From contig CAXXSR010000002.1 of NCBI GenBank assembly GCA_963662615.2, positions 192,001-256,000 of the forward strand: a DNA stretch of 64,000 nt, given 5' to 3'. The first letter of the stretch is position 1. Each line of letters starts with the position of its first letter. The notes beneath the pieces were generated by a model that saw only the letters and a program-made list of their open reading frames with translations, did not search any database and had not been told where the DNA came from. Positions 26,377 to 36,074 of the stretch are shown here, piece after piece. Made by a program: the position numbers and the translations under genes. The stretch comes from Dehalococcoidia bacterium (GTDB taxonomy: Bacteria; Chloroflexota; Dehalococcoidia; Bin125).

Positions 26377-27495
26377 ATGGCCGACACCGACAACCTCAGC
26401 CAGCGAGAAATTGACAGCCTGCTGAAGTCCGGGCCCACGGATGCGGCGGACCAGCCGACCGCGCCGCGGCCGGGATCCCGTCTGGCCGGGCTGGCCAAGA
26501 CGGTGAAGCGCTATGACTTTCGGCGCCCGGACAAGTTCTCCAAGGAGCACCTGCGCACGCTGCAGGCGGTGCACGAATCGTTCGCACGGCTGGTGGCGTC
26601 CTCGCTGTCGAACCAACTGCGGACCGATGTGGAGATGAAGGTGGCGTCGATTGATCAAGGTCTCTACGAGGAGTACGTGGAGCAAACGGTCGGTCCGGTA
26701 TTCGTGGGCTTGGTGCGGATGGCGCCTCTGGACGGCTCAATTGTGATCGAGTTCGGGCAGGACCTGGGCTTGGTGATCGTGGACCGGCTCTTAGGGGGTC
26801 CGGGAGCGTTGTTGGAACACGGTCATGAGGTGACGGACATTGAACTGGAGTTGGTGCGCGGCTTCGGCGGCACGCTGGCGCGGAACTTGGGAGAGGCCTG
26901 GGAGAACCTGGCGAAGGTGGAGCCGACGATCTCCGATATGCACCAGGACATCCAGCAGGCGCGGCTGGCCCCGGCCTCCGAGGTGGTGATCATGGTCTTC
27001 ATGGAGGTCACGGTCGTGGGCGTGGTGGGGGGCATGAGCATCTGCACGCCGTTCAGCGTGCTGGAGCCCCTCCTGTCGCGCCTCACCGCGAACGTCTGGG
27101 TGGGGACGGGCGGCGCGAAGAACGTGCCGGCGGAGAGCCGAAAGAAGCTGCAGCGGCAACTTGAGCGGACGCCGACATCGATCGGGGTGGAACTGGGAAG
27201 CGCGGCGGTGCGCACCGCCGATCTGGCGCAGTTGCACGTGGGCGACGTGATCCGCTTGGAGGGGCTGGCGACGCGGCCAGTGGCGGTGAGCATGGGCAGG
27301 ATCCGCAAGTGGTACGGCCGTCCCGGCGTGGTCTCCGGGCGCGTTTCTGTGCAGTTGGAGGAGTGGGCGCCGGCGGAGGCGCCGAACCCCACGTCCGCGG
27401 ACGAGCCGGGGGCGTCCGCCGGGCCCAGCGAGGAGCCGGCGAACGTGGTCCCGCTGCCCGCGACACAGGAAAGCGAGGACGCCCGTGCCGCCTGA
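26377..27495 (+). CDS. fliM: Flagellar motor switch FliM
   Basis: LSQREIDSLL, YDFRRPDKFSKEHLR, C-terminal SpoA domain. Confidence 0.95.
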   Translation: MADTDNLSQREIDSLLKSGPTDAADQPTAPRPGSRLAGLAKTVKRYDFRRPDKFSKEHLRTLQAVHESFARLVASSLSNQLRTDVEMKVASIDQGLYEEYVEQTVGPVFVGLVRMAPLDGSIVIEFGQDLGLVIVDRLLGGPGALLEHGHEVTDIELELVRGFGGTLARNLGEAWENLAKVEPTISDMHQDIQQARLAPASEVVIMVFMEVTVVGVVGGMSICTPFSVLEPLLSRLTANVWVGTGGAKNVPAESRKKLQRQLERTPTSIGVELGSAAVRTADLAQLHVGDVIRLEGLATRPVAVSMGRIRKWYGRPGVVSGRVSVQLEEWAPAEAPNPTSADEPGASAGPSEEPANVVPLPATQESEDARAA

Positions 27496-28534
27496 TCCGG
27501 CGATCTCTCCCGAGGCATTGATGGAAGACGAGACGTTCGTGGACTTCGGACGCCAACTGGGGGACGTGGCGCCGGTGGTGGCAGAGAGCGTGTTGAGCCG
27601 GCGTATCAGCTTCGCCAACGGCGCTTTGCGCCCGACGAGCGGAGCGGACATTGAGGAGGCGTTCGGCGCTCTGCCGCACGTGGCGGTGGAGACGCGCATT
27701 GCGCTGTCGGAGTCGGAGGCGTACCTGGGGACGGTGCTGCTGCCGCTGGCGACGGTGACGGCGCTGCTGGGCGCGGCGGGCGAGGCCGAGCCGGCGGCTG
27801 CCGACGAGGCCGCGGCCCTGCGAGAACAAATGGAAGCGAAGGCGCCGGAGTTCGTGAGCCTGCTCACGCTCATGCTCTTCACGGACTCACCGCTGCGTGC
27901 GGAGATCAGTGTGTCGGAGGTCCGCGGCGACTCCATTGAGGAGAGCGTGGGCATGCTGGTGGACAGCGCCGGCAATCCGACGTTGTACCGCTTGGACGCC
28001 GATCTGCAGTTTGGCGAGGACGAGCGGGGCGCGCTGACGCTCATTCTCCCGGCGGCGTTGCCGAGCGCCCTGGTGCGCGGGTTGACGGGCGCGGGCAAGA
28101 GCGCGGCGAACGCGAGTGGAACGCGGCCGCGCGACGAGGAAGGAAACGAACCAGCGCCGCGCCGGGCCATTGATCTGGATGACGACGAGGACGACGAGGA
28201 GTCCATCCCGATCTCGCCGTTGCAGTTCCCGAGCCTTCAGGCGGACGCGGGCGGCGGCGGTCCCCCGCAGCCGCTCGATCTCATCCTGGACGTCACGATG
28301 CGGGTCAGCGTGGAGCTGGGCAGGGCGACGCTGACGGTCCAGGAGATCTTGGCGCTGGGCCCGGGCTCCGTGGTGGAGCTGGACAAGCTGGCGGGCGAGC
28401 CGGTGGACATCCTGGTGAATGAGCGCCTGATTGCGCGGGGCGAGGTGGTCATGGTGGATGAAAACTTCGGCGTGCGGGTGACCGAGATCCTGTCACCGGG
28501 GGCGAACGCCGCCGCGATGAGGCGCGCCGCATGA
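27485..28534 (+). CDS. fliN: FliN / FliY-like switch protein with a long N-terminal domain
   Basis: C-terminal LDLILDVTMRVSVELG...GSVVELDKLAGEPVDILVN...GVRVTEI. Confidence 0.88.
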   Translation: MPPDPAISPEALMEDETFVDFGRQLGDVAPVVAESVLSRRISFANGALRPTSGADIEEAFGALPHVAVETRIALSESEAYLGTVLLPLATVTALLGAAGEAEPAAADEAAALREQMEAKAPEFVSLLTLMLFTDSPLRAEISVSEVRGDSIEESVGMLVDSAGNPTLYRLDADLQFGEDERGALTLILPAALPSALVRGLTGAGKSAANASGTRPRDEEGNEPAPRRAIDLDDDEDDEESIPISPLQFPSLQADAGGGGPPQPLDLILDVTMRVSVELGRATLTVQEILALGPGSVVELDKLAGEPVDILVNERLIARGEVVMVDENFGVRVTEILSPGANAAAMRRAA

Positions 28535-29481
28535 ACGGCGGCGGGCGGCGGAGCATCAAGCCGATCTGGTTGGTGGGCGGGATCGTGGGCCTGGGCCTGA
28601 TCGTGCTGCTGGCCGGTCCCGTCTCCAGTGTCACCAGTGACCGCAGCGAGCCGCTCTTCGCCGAGCGCCCTGACAGCGATGAGCTGGAGCGGCTGGGCAC
28701 GTTCGCGGCGAACGAGAGCGGGGACGAGCGGTCTCTCGACGCTGCGGCGGGAGGAGACGGCGAGGCGTCATTGGTTGAGGCGGTGGGGGTTGAGACGGTG
28801 GGGGTTGAGACGGTGGCGGCGGCGGGCGCCGCGCAGGCCGCGGCGCCGGCGGGCGCCGGCGAGGGCGCGTCCGCGGAGACGGGGGCGGGGACAGACTCCT
28901 CCACTTCGATTATCGGCGCGAAAGTCGGCAGCTTTAGCACTGGCGATATTTTTGACCTGCTTTGGCGGTTGGCGCTGGTGGGCGGCATTATCTGGCTCTC
29001 CATCTTTCTGCTGCGGAAGTTCGTGGCGCGCAGCGGTCGGACGCAGAGCAATTCGGGCGCGCTGAAAGTGTTGGAGACGATTGGGCTGGCGAACAACCGG
29101 CTGATCTCCCTCCTGGAGGCGGGCGATCGGGTGCTGGTGGTGGGGAGCACGCCGACGCATGTGGCCCTGCTGGCCGAGCTGGACGACCCCGAGGTGGTCT
29201 CGGCGCTGCGCAGCGACGCGGATCGCACGAGTCCCAAGGTGGCGACGCTGGGGGAGATGATGCGGGGCTACGGCGAGCGGGCGGGCCATCAGTTCTCGCG
29301 GCGTTTCAGCCGTCCCCGCGCCGAGAGGAGCGCAGGGGCGAGCGAGCCGGGCGGCGATCTGACGCCCATCCTCCAGCAGCTCCTCAAGGCGCAGGCAGAG
29401 ATTGCGTTGAGCGCGGAGCGCTTGGAGCGGCCCTCAGCGGCGACGGCGGCGCCGTCGCCGGCCGGATCGGAGGGCGAGTGA
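28531..29481 (+). CDS. fliO: FliO-family protein with an extended N-terminus
   Basis: TM followed by LKVLETIGLANNRLISLLEAGDRVLVVG; lies between fliN and fliP. Confidence 0.8.
   Translation: MNGGGRRSIKPIWLVGGIVGLGLIVLLAGPVSSVTSDRSEPLFAERPDSDELERLGTFAANESGDERSLDAAAGGDGEASLVEAVGVETVGVETVAAAGAAQAAAPAGAGEGASAETGAGTDSSTSIIGAKVGSFSTGDIFDLLWRLALVGGIIWLSIFLLRKFVARSGRTQSNSGALKVLETIGLANNRLISLLEAGDRVLVVGSTPTHVALLAELDDPEVVSALRSDADRTSPKVATLGEMMRGYGERAGHQFSRRFSRPRAERSAGASEPGGDLTPILQQLLKAQAEIALSAERLERPSAATAAPSPAGSEGE
28773..28817 (+). repeat. 3 x 15-bp in-frame tandem repeat in fliO
   Basis: ggttgaggcggtggg / ggttgagacggtggg / ggttgagacggtggc (VEAVG VETVG VETVA). Confidence 0.7.
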
Positions 29482-30314
29482 CCAGATGGGCACAGATGCC
29501 GCTGCGGATCGGGCGGCCCCGTCTGTCGCGCCCGAGGGTCGCGGGGCGCTGGGGCAAGAAGCGCACGGTCGCGCTGCTGTTGGTGACGGTGGCCCTGGCG
29601 CTGACGAGCTGCGTGGAGGGCGACCCGGGCCTGAGCATTACGGTGGGCGGCTCCGGCGAAGAGGGCGTGGCCTCCGACGGCACCACGGTGGGCTTCAACA
29701 GCGTGCAGCTGTTGGGGCTGCTCACGGTCCTGGCGCTGGCACCAGCGTTCCTGATCATGGTGACGTCATTCACGCGGACGATTGTGGTGCTGTCGCTGGT
29801 GCGGAATGCGATCGGTGTGCCGCAGCTGCCCCCGCACCAAGTGCTGCTGGGCCTGGCGCTCTTTCTCACCATCTTTGTGATGGCGCCGACGTTCGAGGAG
29901 ATCAACGAGACGGCGTTGCAGCCGTACTTCCGGGGGGAGCTGTCGCAGGGGGAGGCGTTCAAGATCGGCCAGGAGCCGCTGCGCGAGTTCATGTTCAAGC
30001 AGACGCGCGAGCAGGATCTGGGCCTCTTCGTCAAGTTGAGCGGGATGGAGCGCCCGGGGACGCCGGCGGATGTGCCGACACACGTGCTGATTCCGGCCTT
30101 CATCATCTCGGAGCTGAAGGCGGCGTTTCAGATGGGCTTTATTGCCTTCGTGCCGTTTCTGATCATCGACATTGTGGTGAGCAGCGCGTTGCTATCGATG
30201 GGGATGATGATGCTGCCGCCGGTGCTGATCTCGCTGCCCTTCAAGATTCTGCTGTTCGTGCTGGTGGACGGTTGGTTCCTGATCGTGGGCTCGCTGGCGG
30301 GCAGCTTTAGCTGA
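29478..30314 (+). CDS. fliP: Flagellar export gate FliP
   Basis: MVTSFTR, PAFIISELK, GMMMLPPVLISLPFKILLFVLVDGW; GTG 29478 overlaps the fliO stop. Confidence 0.96.
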   Translation: MTRWAQMPLRIGRPRLSRPRVAGRWGKKRTVALLLVTVALALTSCVEGDPGLSITVGGSGEEGVASDGTTVGFNSVQLLGLLTVLALAPAFLIMVTSFTRTIVVLSLVRNAIGVPQLPPHQVLLGLALFLTIFVMAPTFEEINETALQPYFRGELSQGEAFKIGQEPLREFMFKQTREQDLGLFVKLSGMERPGTPADVPTHVLIPAFIISELKAAFQMGFIAFVPFLIIDIVVSSALLSMGMMMLPPVLISLPFKILLFVLVDGWFLIVGSLAGSFS

Positions 30315-30351
30315 GCGCGTATGGCCGGGAGGCCTGAGGAGGCGGAGAGGT

Positions 30352-30618
30352 ATGTCGGAGGAGTTCGTCGTAGCGCTGGGCAGAGACGCCGTGATGACGG
30401 CCTTGATGGTGGCCGCGCCCATCTTGGGCTTCAGCCTGGTCACGGGCTTGGTGGTGTCGATCTTCCAGGCGGTCACGCAGATCAACGAGATCACGTTGAC
30501 CTTCGTGCCCAAGATCTTGGCGGTGTTCTTGTCGCTGGCGCTGTTCGGCCCGTGGAGCATGGGCGTGATAGTGGGCTTCTCGGAGCGACTGTTGGGCAAT
30601 TTGGGCGCGGTGGCCTAG
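30352..30618 (+). CDS. fliQ: Flagellar export gate FliQ
   Basis: FQAVTQINEITLTFVPK. Confidence 0.96.
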   Translation: MSEEFVVALGRDAVMTALMVAAPILGFSLVTGLVVSIFQAVTQINEITLTFVPKILAVFLSLALFGPWSMGVIVGFSERLLGNLGAVA

Positions 30619-30673
30619 GACGGCGCGCGCGGCGAGACGATGGATCGCAGGCAAGTGAACGGAAACGCAGCCC

Positions 30674-31447
30674 GTGCCCGAGCTGACCGAGCCGATGCTG
30701 CTCACGTACGTGCTGATTGTGGTGCGGCTGAGCACGGCGCTGGTGATCATGCCGATGTTCGGGGCGGTCGGCGTGCCACCCCACACGAAGGTTGGCCTGG
30801 CGCTGTTCATGGGGCTGATCCTGGTGCCGCTGGCGCCAGCGGTGGAGCTGGCGCCGGGCTTGGCGCCGCTGCTGGCCGCTGTCGCCTTGGAGGCGCTGGT
30901 GGGCTTCGCGGTGGGCTTCGCGGTGGTGCTGGTCTTCCAGGGGCTGGAGGCGGCGGGCGGCTTGGTGGGGATCCAGATGGGCATGGGGCTGGGCGAGATC
31001 CTGGATCCGATCTCCGGGGCCCAGTCCAATGTGCTGCGTCGCTTTTACGCCATGCTGGCGATCTTGATCTTCTTCATGGTGAATGCGCACCACCAGGTGA
31101 TTGTGGGGCTGTTCGCGACGTTCGATCTGGTGCCGTTGTCATCGGTGAACGCGGCCGATCTGGACGTGACCGCTCTGATCCGGCTTTCGGGGTCTCTGTT
31201 CATTGTGGCGGTGCGGATTGCGCTGCCGGTGCTGGCCGCGGTGTTCATCACGGATTTGTCTCTGGGCGTGATGGCGCGGACCATGCCGCAGCTCAACGTC
31301 CTCATTGTGGGGTTGCCGGTGAAGATCGTGGTGGGGCTGCTGGTGCTGTTCGCGGCGTTGCCGGCGACGACGTCGGTGATGGGCTTCACCTTCGGCAATG
31401 TGCTCAGCGACATGACGGCGGTGCTGACGCCGTCGGCGCAGGGATGA
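30674..31447 (+). CDS. fliR: Flagellar export gate FliR
   Basis: GIQMGMG, ARTMPQLNVLIVGLPVK. Confidence 0.95.
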   Translation: MPELTEPMLLTYVLIVVRLSTALVIMPMFGAVGVPPHTKVGLALFMGLILVPLAPAVELAPGLAPLLAAVALEALVGFAVGFAVVLVFQGLEAAGGLVGIQMGMGLGEILDPISGAQSNVLRRFYAMLAILIFFMVNAHHQVIVGLFATFDLVPLSSVNAADLDVTALIRLSGSLFIVAVRIALPVLAAVFITDLSLGVMARTMPQLNVLIVGLPVKIVVGLLVLFAALPATTSVMGFTFGNVLSDMTAVLTPSAQG

Positions 31448-31455
31448 CGTAACGC

Positions 31456-32550
31456 ATGCCGGGAGAAAAGACCGAGGAAGCGACGCCCAAGCGGCGCGCG
31501 GAGACGCGGCGGCGGGGCCAGGTTGCGCGCAGCCAGGACTTGAGCGGCGTCCTGGTCTTGCTGGGCGGCGTGGTGTTGCTGCGGGTGCTGGGCCCGGGGA
31601 TGATTGACGGCTTCACGACCTTTATGACCGGAGCGTTCACGCACATTGGCGAGGCAAAGCTGACGCCGCAGGGCGTGCTGGGCGGCGACAGGCACGTGCT
31701 GATGGCGACGGCGCAGATCATGCTGCCTCTCCTGTTCGGCATTGCGCTGGTGAGCGTGGCCGCGAACGTCCTGCAGACGGGGCCGCTGTTCTCGGCCTAC
31801 CCACTGCGCCCACAGCTGAGCCGGATTAGTCCGAAGTCGGGGGTCAAGCGGATCTTGAGCAAGCAGAGCCTGGTGACGCTGGCCAAGAGCCTGGCGAAGT
31901 TGGCGATCGTGGGCGGGGTGCTGGCGCTGGCGCTGCGTGCGCGTCTGGGTGATTTCGTATCGCTGGGGAGCGGCAGCGCCGGGCAAGGGGCGAACCGCTT
32001 CGCGGAGCTGGCGTTCGAGGTGGTGTTGACGGGGGCGATAGCGCTGCTGCTGCTGGGGCTGATTGACCTGTTTTGGCAGCGTCGGCACCATGCCGCGCAG
32101 ATCCGGATGACCAAGGAGGACGTGAAGGACGAGCTGAAGCAGTCGGAGGGGGATCCGGCGGTGCGAGGTCGGTTCCGGCAGCTTCGTCGCGACTTTTTCA
32201 ACCGCATGATGAGCGCCGTTCCGAAGGCGGACGTGGTGGTCACCAATCCCACCCACGTAGCCGTGGCGCTGCGCTACGACCCGCTGCGGAACGACGCGCC
32301 GGTGGTGGTCGCGAAGGGGGAGCGGCTGGTGACGGTGCGGATCAAGGAGATCGCGCGGGCGAACGACGTGCCGATCTGGGAGGATCAGCCCTTGGCGCGG
32401 GTGTTGTACGCCGGTGGGACGGTGGGCCGACCGATTCCGCCGCAGCTGTTCCAGGCGGTGGCGGAGGTGCTGGCCTTCATCTTCCGGCTGCGGGCCGGGC
32501 TGCCGGCGCAGCCGCCGGCGCCGCGCGCCGCCTTGGCGACGGGGACGTAG
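31456..32550 (+). CDS. flhB: Flagellar export switch FlhB
   Basis: EKTEEATPKR, SEGDP, NPTH autocleavage motif. Confidence 0.96.
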   Translation: MPGEKTEEATPKRRAETRRRGQVARSQDLSGVLVLLGGVVLLRVLGPGMIDGFTTFMTGAFTHIGEAKLTPQGVLGGDRHVLMATAQIMLPLLFGIALVSVAANVLQTGPLFSAYPLRPQLSRISPKSGVKRILSKQSLVTLAKSLAKLAIVGGVLALALRARLGDFVSLGSGSAGQGANRFAELAFEVVLTGAIALLLLGLIDLFWQRRHHAAQIRMTKEDVKDELKQSEGDPAVRGRFRQLRRDFFNRMMSAVPKADVVVTNPTHVAVALRYDPLRNDAPVVVAKGERLVTVRIKEIARANDVPIWEDQPLARVLYAGGTVGRPIPPQLFQAVAEVLAFIFRLRAGLPAQPPAPRAALATGT

Positions 32551-32553
32551 GCC

Positions 32554-34635
32554 ATGAGCGCTCAGACGCCGCCCAGCGAGAGCCCGGGACTGCGCCGCCT
32601 CTGGGGCAACAGCGAGGTGGTGCTGGGGATCGCGGTGCTGCTGATCGTGGGGATGATGATCATCCCCATGCCGACGCCGCTGCTGGACCTGCTGCTGGCC
32701 CTGAACATTGCCCTGGCGGTGACGATCCTGCTGGTCACGCCGTTCGCGAAGAAGCCGCTGGACTTCAGCATCTTCCCATCAATCTTGCTGATCGTGACGC
32801 TCTACCGGCTGGCGCTGAACGTGAGCAGCACGCGGCTGATCCTGCTCAACGGAGACGCGGGCGCGATCATTGGCAGCTTCGGCGACTTCGTGGTGGGCGG
32901 CAACATCATTGTGGGCCTGATCATCTTCATTGTCCTGCTGGTGATTCAGTTCGTGGTGATCACCAACGGGGCGGGGCGCGTGGCGGAGGTGGGCGCGCGC
33001 TTCACGCTGGATGCGATGCCGGGCAAGCAGATGGCGATTGACGCCGATCTCAACGCCGGGCTGATCACGGAATCGGCAGCGCGGCAGCGCCGTGAAGGCA
33101 TTACGCAGGAGGCCGATTTCTACGGGGCAATGGACGGGGCCAGCAAGTTCGTGCGCGGCGACGCCATTGCGGCGCTGATCATTGTGGCAATCAACCTGTT
33201 CGCGGGCGTGGGCATTGGGATGCTGCAGCGAGGGCTGAGCATCAGTGAGGCGCTGAACGTATTTGCGCTGCTGACGGTGGGCGACGGGCTGGTGTCGCAG
33301 ATCCCGGCGCTGCTGATCAGCATTGCGACGGGCATCATCATCACCCGCGACAGCCACGGAGCCGAGCTGGCCGTCCAGATCTCGTCGCAGATTTTCGGCA
33401 ACCCGAAGGCGCTGATGGTGTCGGGCGGCATGCTGGTGGTGATGGGCTTGACGCCGGGCCTGCCCCTGCTGCCCTTCCTGCTGGTCGGGGGCCCGTTGGC
33501 GGCGAGCGGCTATCTCCAGCGTCAGCGTCAGGGGCGGGAGGCGGCGGCGGCGGCGCTGGAGCCGACGAGCGATGTGCCCCGGCTGAGCGGGCCGGAAGAG
33601 GTCATCTCGATCATTCAGCCCGACCCCATGGAGGTGGAGATTGGCTACGGGCTGATCCCGCTGGTGGAGGACGGCAATCCGGTCAACTTGCTGCAGCGGA
33701 TCACGATCATCCGTCGGCAGGTGGCGACGGAGCTGGGCATTGTTCTGCCCACGGTGCGGATTCGCGACAACTTGCAGCTGCCGCCGAACACCTACGTAAT
33801 CAAGCTGCGCGGGATTGAGGTGGGCCGCGGCGAGCTGCAGCTGAACCAGTTCCTGGCGATGAACCCGGGCGCGGCCGAGGAGGCGATTGAGGGCGCGGCG
33901 GCGATTGAGCCGGCGTTCGGGCTACCGGCGCAGTGGATCGAGGCCGGGGCGAAGGAGCGGGCGGAGATGCTGGGCTACACGGTGGTGGACCCGGGCAGCG
34001 TGGTAGCGACGCACCTGACCGAAGTGATCCGTCGGCACGCGCCCAGCATCCTCAGTCGGCAGGACGTGCAGCTGTTGCTCAACAACTTGAAGGAGAGCTA
34101 CCCGGCCGTGGTGGAGGATCTGGTCCCGAATGTGCTCACGATTGGCGAGATCCAACAGGTGCTCCAGAACTTGCTGGCCGAGCGCATTCCCATCCGCGAT
34201 CTGGTGACGATCCTGGAGGCGCTGGCGAATCAGGCCGGCGCGACCCGCGATCCGGAGCTGCTGACGGAGTACGCGCGGGCGGCGCTGGCGCGGTCGATCA
34301 GCGCGCAGTACGGGGGCGAGGAGAAGCGGCTCCACGTGATCACGTTGAGCCCGGCGCTGGAGGAGTTGATCGCCGGGGGGTTGCAGGCCGAGACGAGCCA
34401 GATCGTGTTGGAGCCTCCGGTTGCGCAGCAACTGCTGAGTGAACTGTCGCAACAGATGGAGCAGCTGGCGCAGCGCGGGCGGCGGCCCGTCCTGCTCTGC
34501 GCCAGCCGACTGCGGCGGCCGCTGCGCCGGCTCACCGAGCGAGCGCTGCCCAGTCTCTCGATTGTGTCGTTCAACGAGGTGACCGCGGATGTGGATGTCC
34601 AGGCTGAAGGAGTGGTGGAGGCAACGTCGTCATGA
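32554..34635 (+). CDS. flhA: Flagellar export protein FlhA
   Basis: RVAEVGARFTLDAMPGKQMAIDADL, FYGAMDGASKFVRGD. Confidence 0.97.
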   Translation: MSAQTPPSESPGLRRLWGNSEVVLGIAVLLIVGMMIIPMPTPLLDLLLALNIALAVTILLVTPFAKKPLDFSIFPSILLIVTLYRLALNVSSTRLILLNGDAGAIIGSFGDFVVGGNIIVGLIIFIVLLVIQFVVITNGAGRVAEVGARFTLDAMPGKQMAIDADLNAGLITESAARQRREGITQEADFYGAMDGASKFVRGDAIAALIIVAINLFAGVGIGMLQRGLSISEALNVFALLTVGDGLVSQIPALLISIATGIIITRDSHGAELAVQISSQIFGNPKALMVSGGMLVVMGLTPGLPLLPFLLVGGPLAASGYLQRQRQGREAAAAALEPTSDVPRLSGPEEVISIIQPDPMEVEIGYGLIPLVEDGNPVNLLQRITIIRRQVATELGIVLPTVRIRDNLQLPPNTYVIKLRGIEVGRGELQLNQFLAMNPGAAEEAIEGAAAIEPAFGLPAQWIEAGAKERAEMLGYTVVDPGSVVATHLTEVIRRHAPSILSRQDVQLLLNNLKESYPAVVEDLVPNVLTIGEIQQVLQNLLAERIPIRDLVTILEALANQAGATRDPELLTEYARAALARSISAQYGGEEKRLHVITLSPALEELIAGGLQAETSQIVLEPPVAQQLLSELSQQMEQLAQRGRRPVLLCASRLRRPLRRLTERALPSLSIVSFNEVTADVDVQAEGVVEATSS

Positions 34636-36074
34636 ACGTGAAACGTTTCGAAGCGCCGGACATGGCCGCGGCGCTGGAGATGATCCGACGCGAACTGGGC
34701 CCGGAGGCGGTCGTGATCTCCAGTCGCAGGCAAACGAGCAGCCGCATCTTGGGCCTCCGCCGCCGCAACGTGATTGAGGTGATTGCGGGGCTGCCGGATG
34801 GGGCGAGCGCGGGAGCCGCAAGTGAGGCCGAAGCGGAGGGCGGTCCGGCGCCGGCGACGGGCGAGCCGACAGCCGCGCCCCGGCCCGCGAGCGTGAGGAC
34901 GAGGCGCAGCGCCACCGCGGACGGCGCCGCGGCGCTGGAGATCTCGGCGGCCGCGCATGAGGCCGCCGTGGAGGAGAGCCGGGGGGACCGCGTGGCCGCG
35001 CCAGCGGTTGCGCAGGAGCCTCCGATCGCGAGTGAGCAGAGCGAGAGCGGCGGCGGCTTCACGGCGCTGGATTCCCTGGTAGAGCGGATCAGCGGGGCGG
35101 AGCCGAGCGCGACCAGCGCCGACGAGGGCGAGGCGCCGCCGGCGGCGGTGACCGCGGGCAGTCTGGGAACCGAGCAGTTCGAGGCGCTGAGCACACAAAT
35201 CGGTGAGCTGCGGCGGTTGATCGTGGCGGCACCGCGTCAGCCCGGTGGGACCGAGGCCGTGCTGCCGGAGGCGGCGCGGGAGTTCGTTGAGCGGCTGCGC
35301 GAGGGCGGCGTCTCCGAGGCGCTGATTACGCGGACGCGCGAGGCGGCGGCGGAGCTGCTGGATGCTGGGGCCGGCGCCGATGCAGCGCAGGCGGCGATGC
35401 GGAAGTCGCTGCTGTCGTTGATTCCGGCGGCGGGCACGCCGAAATACGAGCACGGCAAGACGATAGCGATCCACTTGGTGGGACCGTCAGGGACGGGCAA
35501 GACGGTGGCCGCGGTGAAACTGGCGCTGCAGCTGGCGCGGTCGGAGGGGCGGGCGGTGATCCTGGCGAACGCCGACCAGAAGCGGCCGGGGGCGGGCGCG
35601 CAGCTGGCAGCGTACGGCGAGTCGCTGGATCTGCCCACGGCGCAGATCTACGAGCCGTCCGACCTGAAGGAGCTGGCGGCCCAGCATCCGGAGGCCGCCA
35701 TTGTTGTGGATACGCCGGGAGGGCTGCCGCGGAGCGCGGCGGAGCTGACTTGGTATCGGGGCCTGACGAACGCCATCCGGCGCCGTCGGATCTTTTTGGC
35801 CCTGGAGGCAACGGCGAAAGAGTCGGACCTGACGCTGGGCTACGAAGCGTTCCGGCCGTTGAAGCTGACGGGGGTGATTCTGAGCAAGCTGGATGAGACG
35901 GAGCGCTATGGCGCGGCACTGAGCTTTCTTCACTCCGCGGAAGCGCGACTGCTGTTCGTCTCCGATGATGCGGACGTTTTGAGCGAATTGGAGGCGGCCG
36001 GGGCGGCGGCGCTGCTGGACCGCGTTCTGCAAGCGACCACGGGGGACGGGTACGGTGAATCAGTCGCCAGCTGA
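34632..36074 (+). CDS. flhF: SRP-family GTPase FlhF (divergent)
   Basis: N-terminal KRFEA...IRRELGPEAVVI, GPSGTGKT, DTPG, SKLDE. Confidence 0.88.
   Translation: MNVKRFEAPDMAAALEMIRRELGPEAVVISSRRQTSSRILGLRRRNVIEVIAGLPDGASAGAASEAEAEGGPAPATGEPTAAPRPASVRTRRSATADGAAALEISAAAHEAAVEESRGDRVAAPAVAQEPPIASEQSESGGGFTALDSLVERISGAEPSATSADEGEAPPAAVTAGSLGTEQFEALSTQIGELRRLIVAAPRQPGGTEAVLPEAAREFVERLREGGVSEALITRTREAAAELLDAGAGADAAQAAMRKSLLSLIPAAGTPKYEHGKTIAIHLVGPSGTGKTVAAVKLALQLARSEGRAVILANADQKRPGAGAQLAAYGESLDLPTAQIYEPSDLKELAAQHPEAAIVVDTPGGLPRSAAELTWYRGLTNAIRRRRIFLALEATAKESDLTLGYEAFRPLKLTGVILSKLDETERYGAALSFLHSAEARLLFVSDDADVLSELEAAGAAALLDRVLQATTGDGYGESVAS

Noticed and set aside
29478-34635. Non-flagellar type III secretion system
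   Set aside because: Export genes are embedded with motAB, rod, hook-junction, cap and flagellin genes
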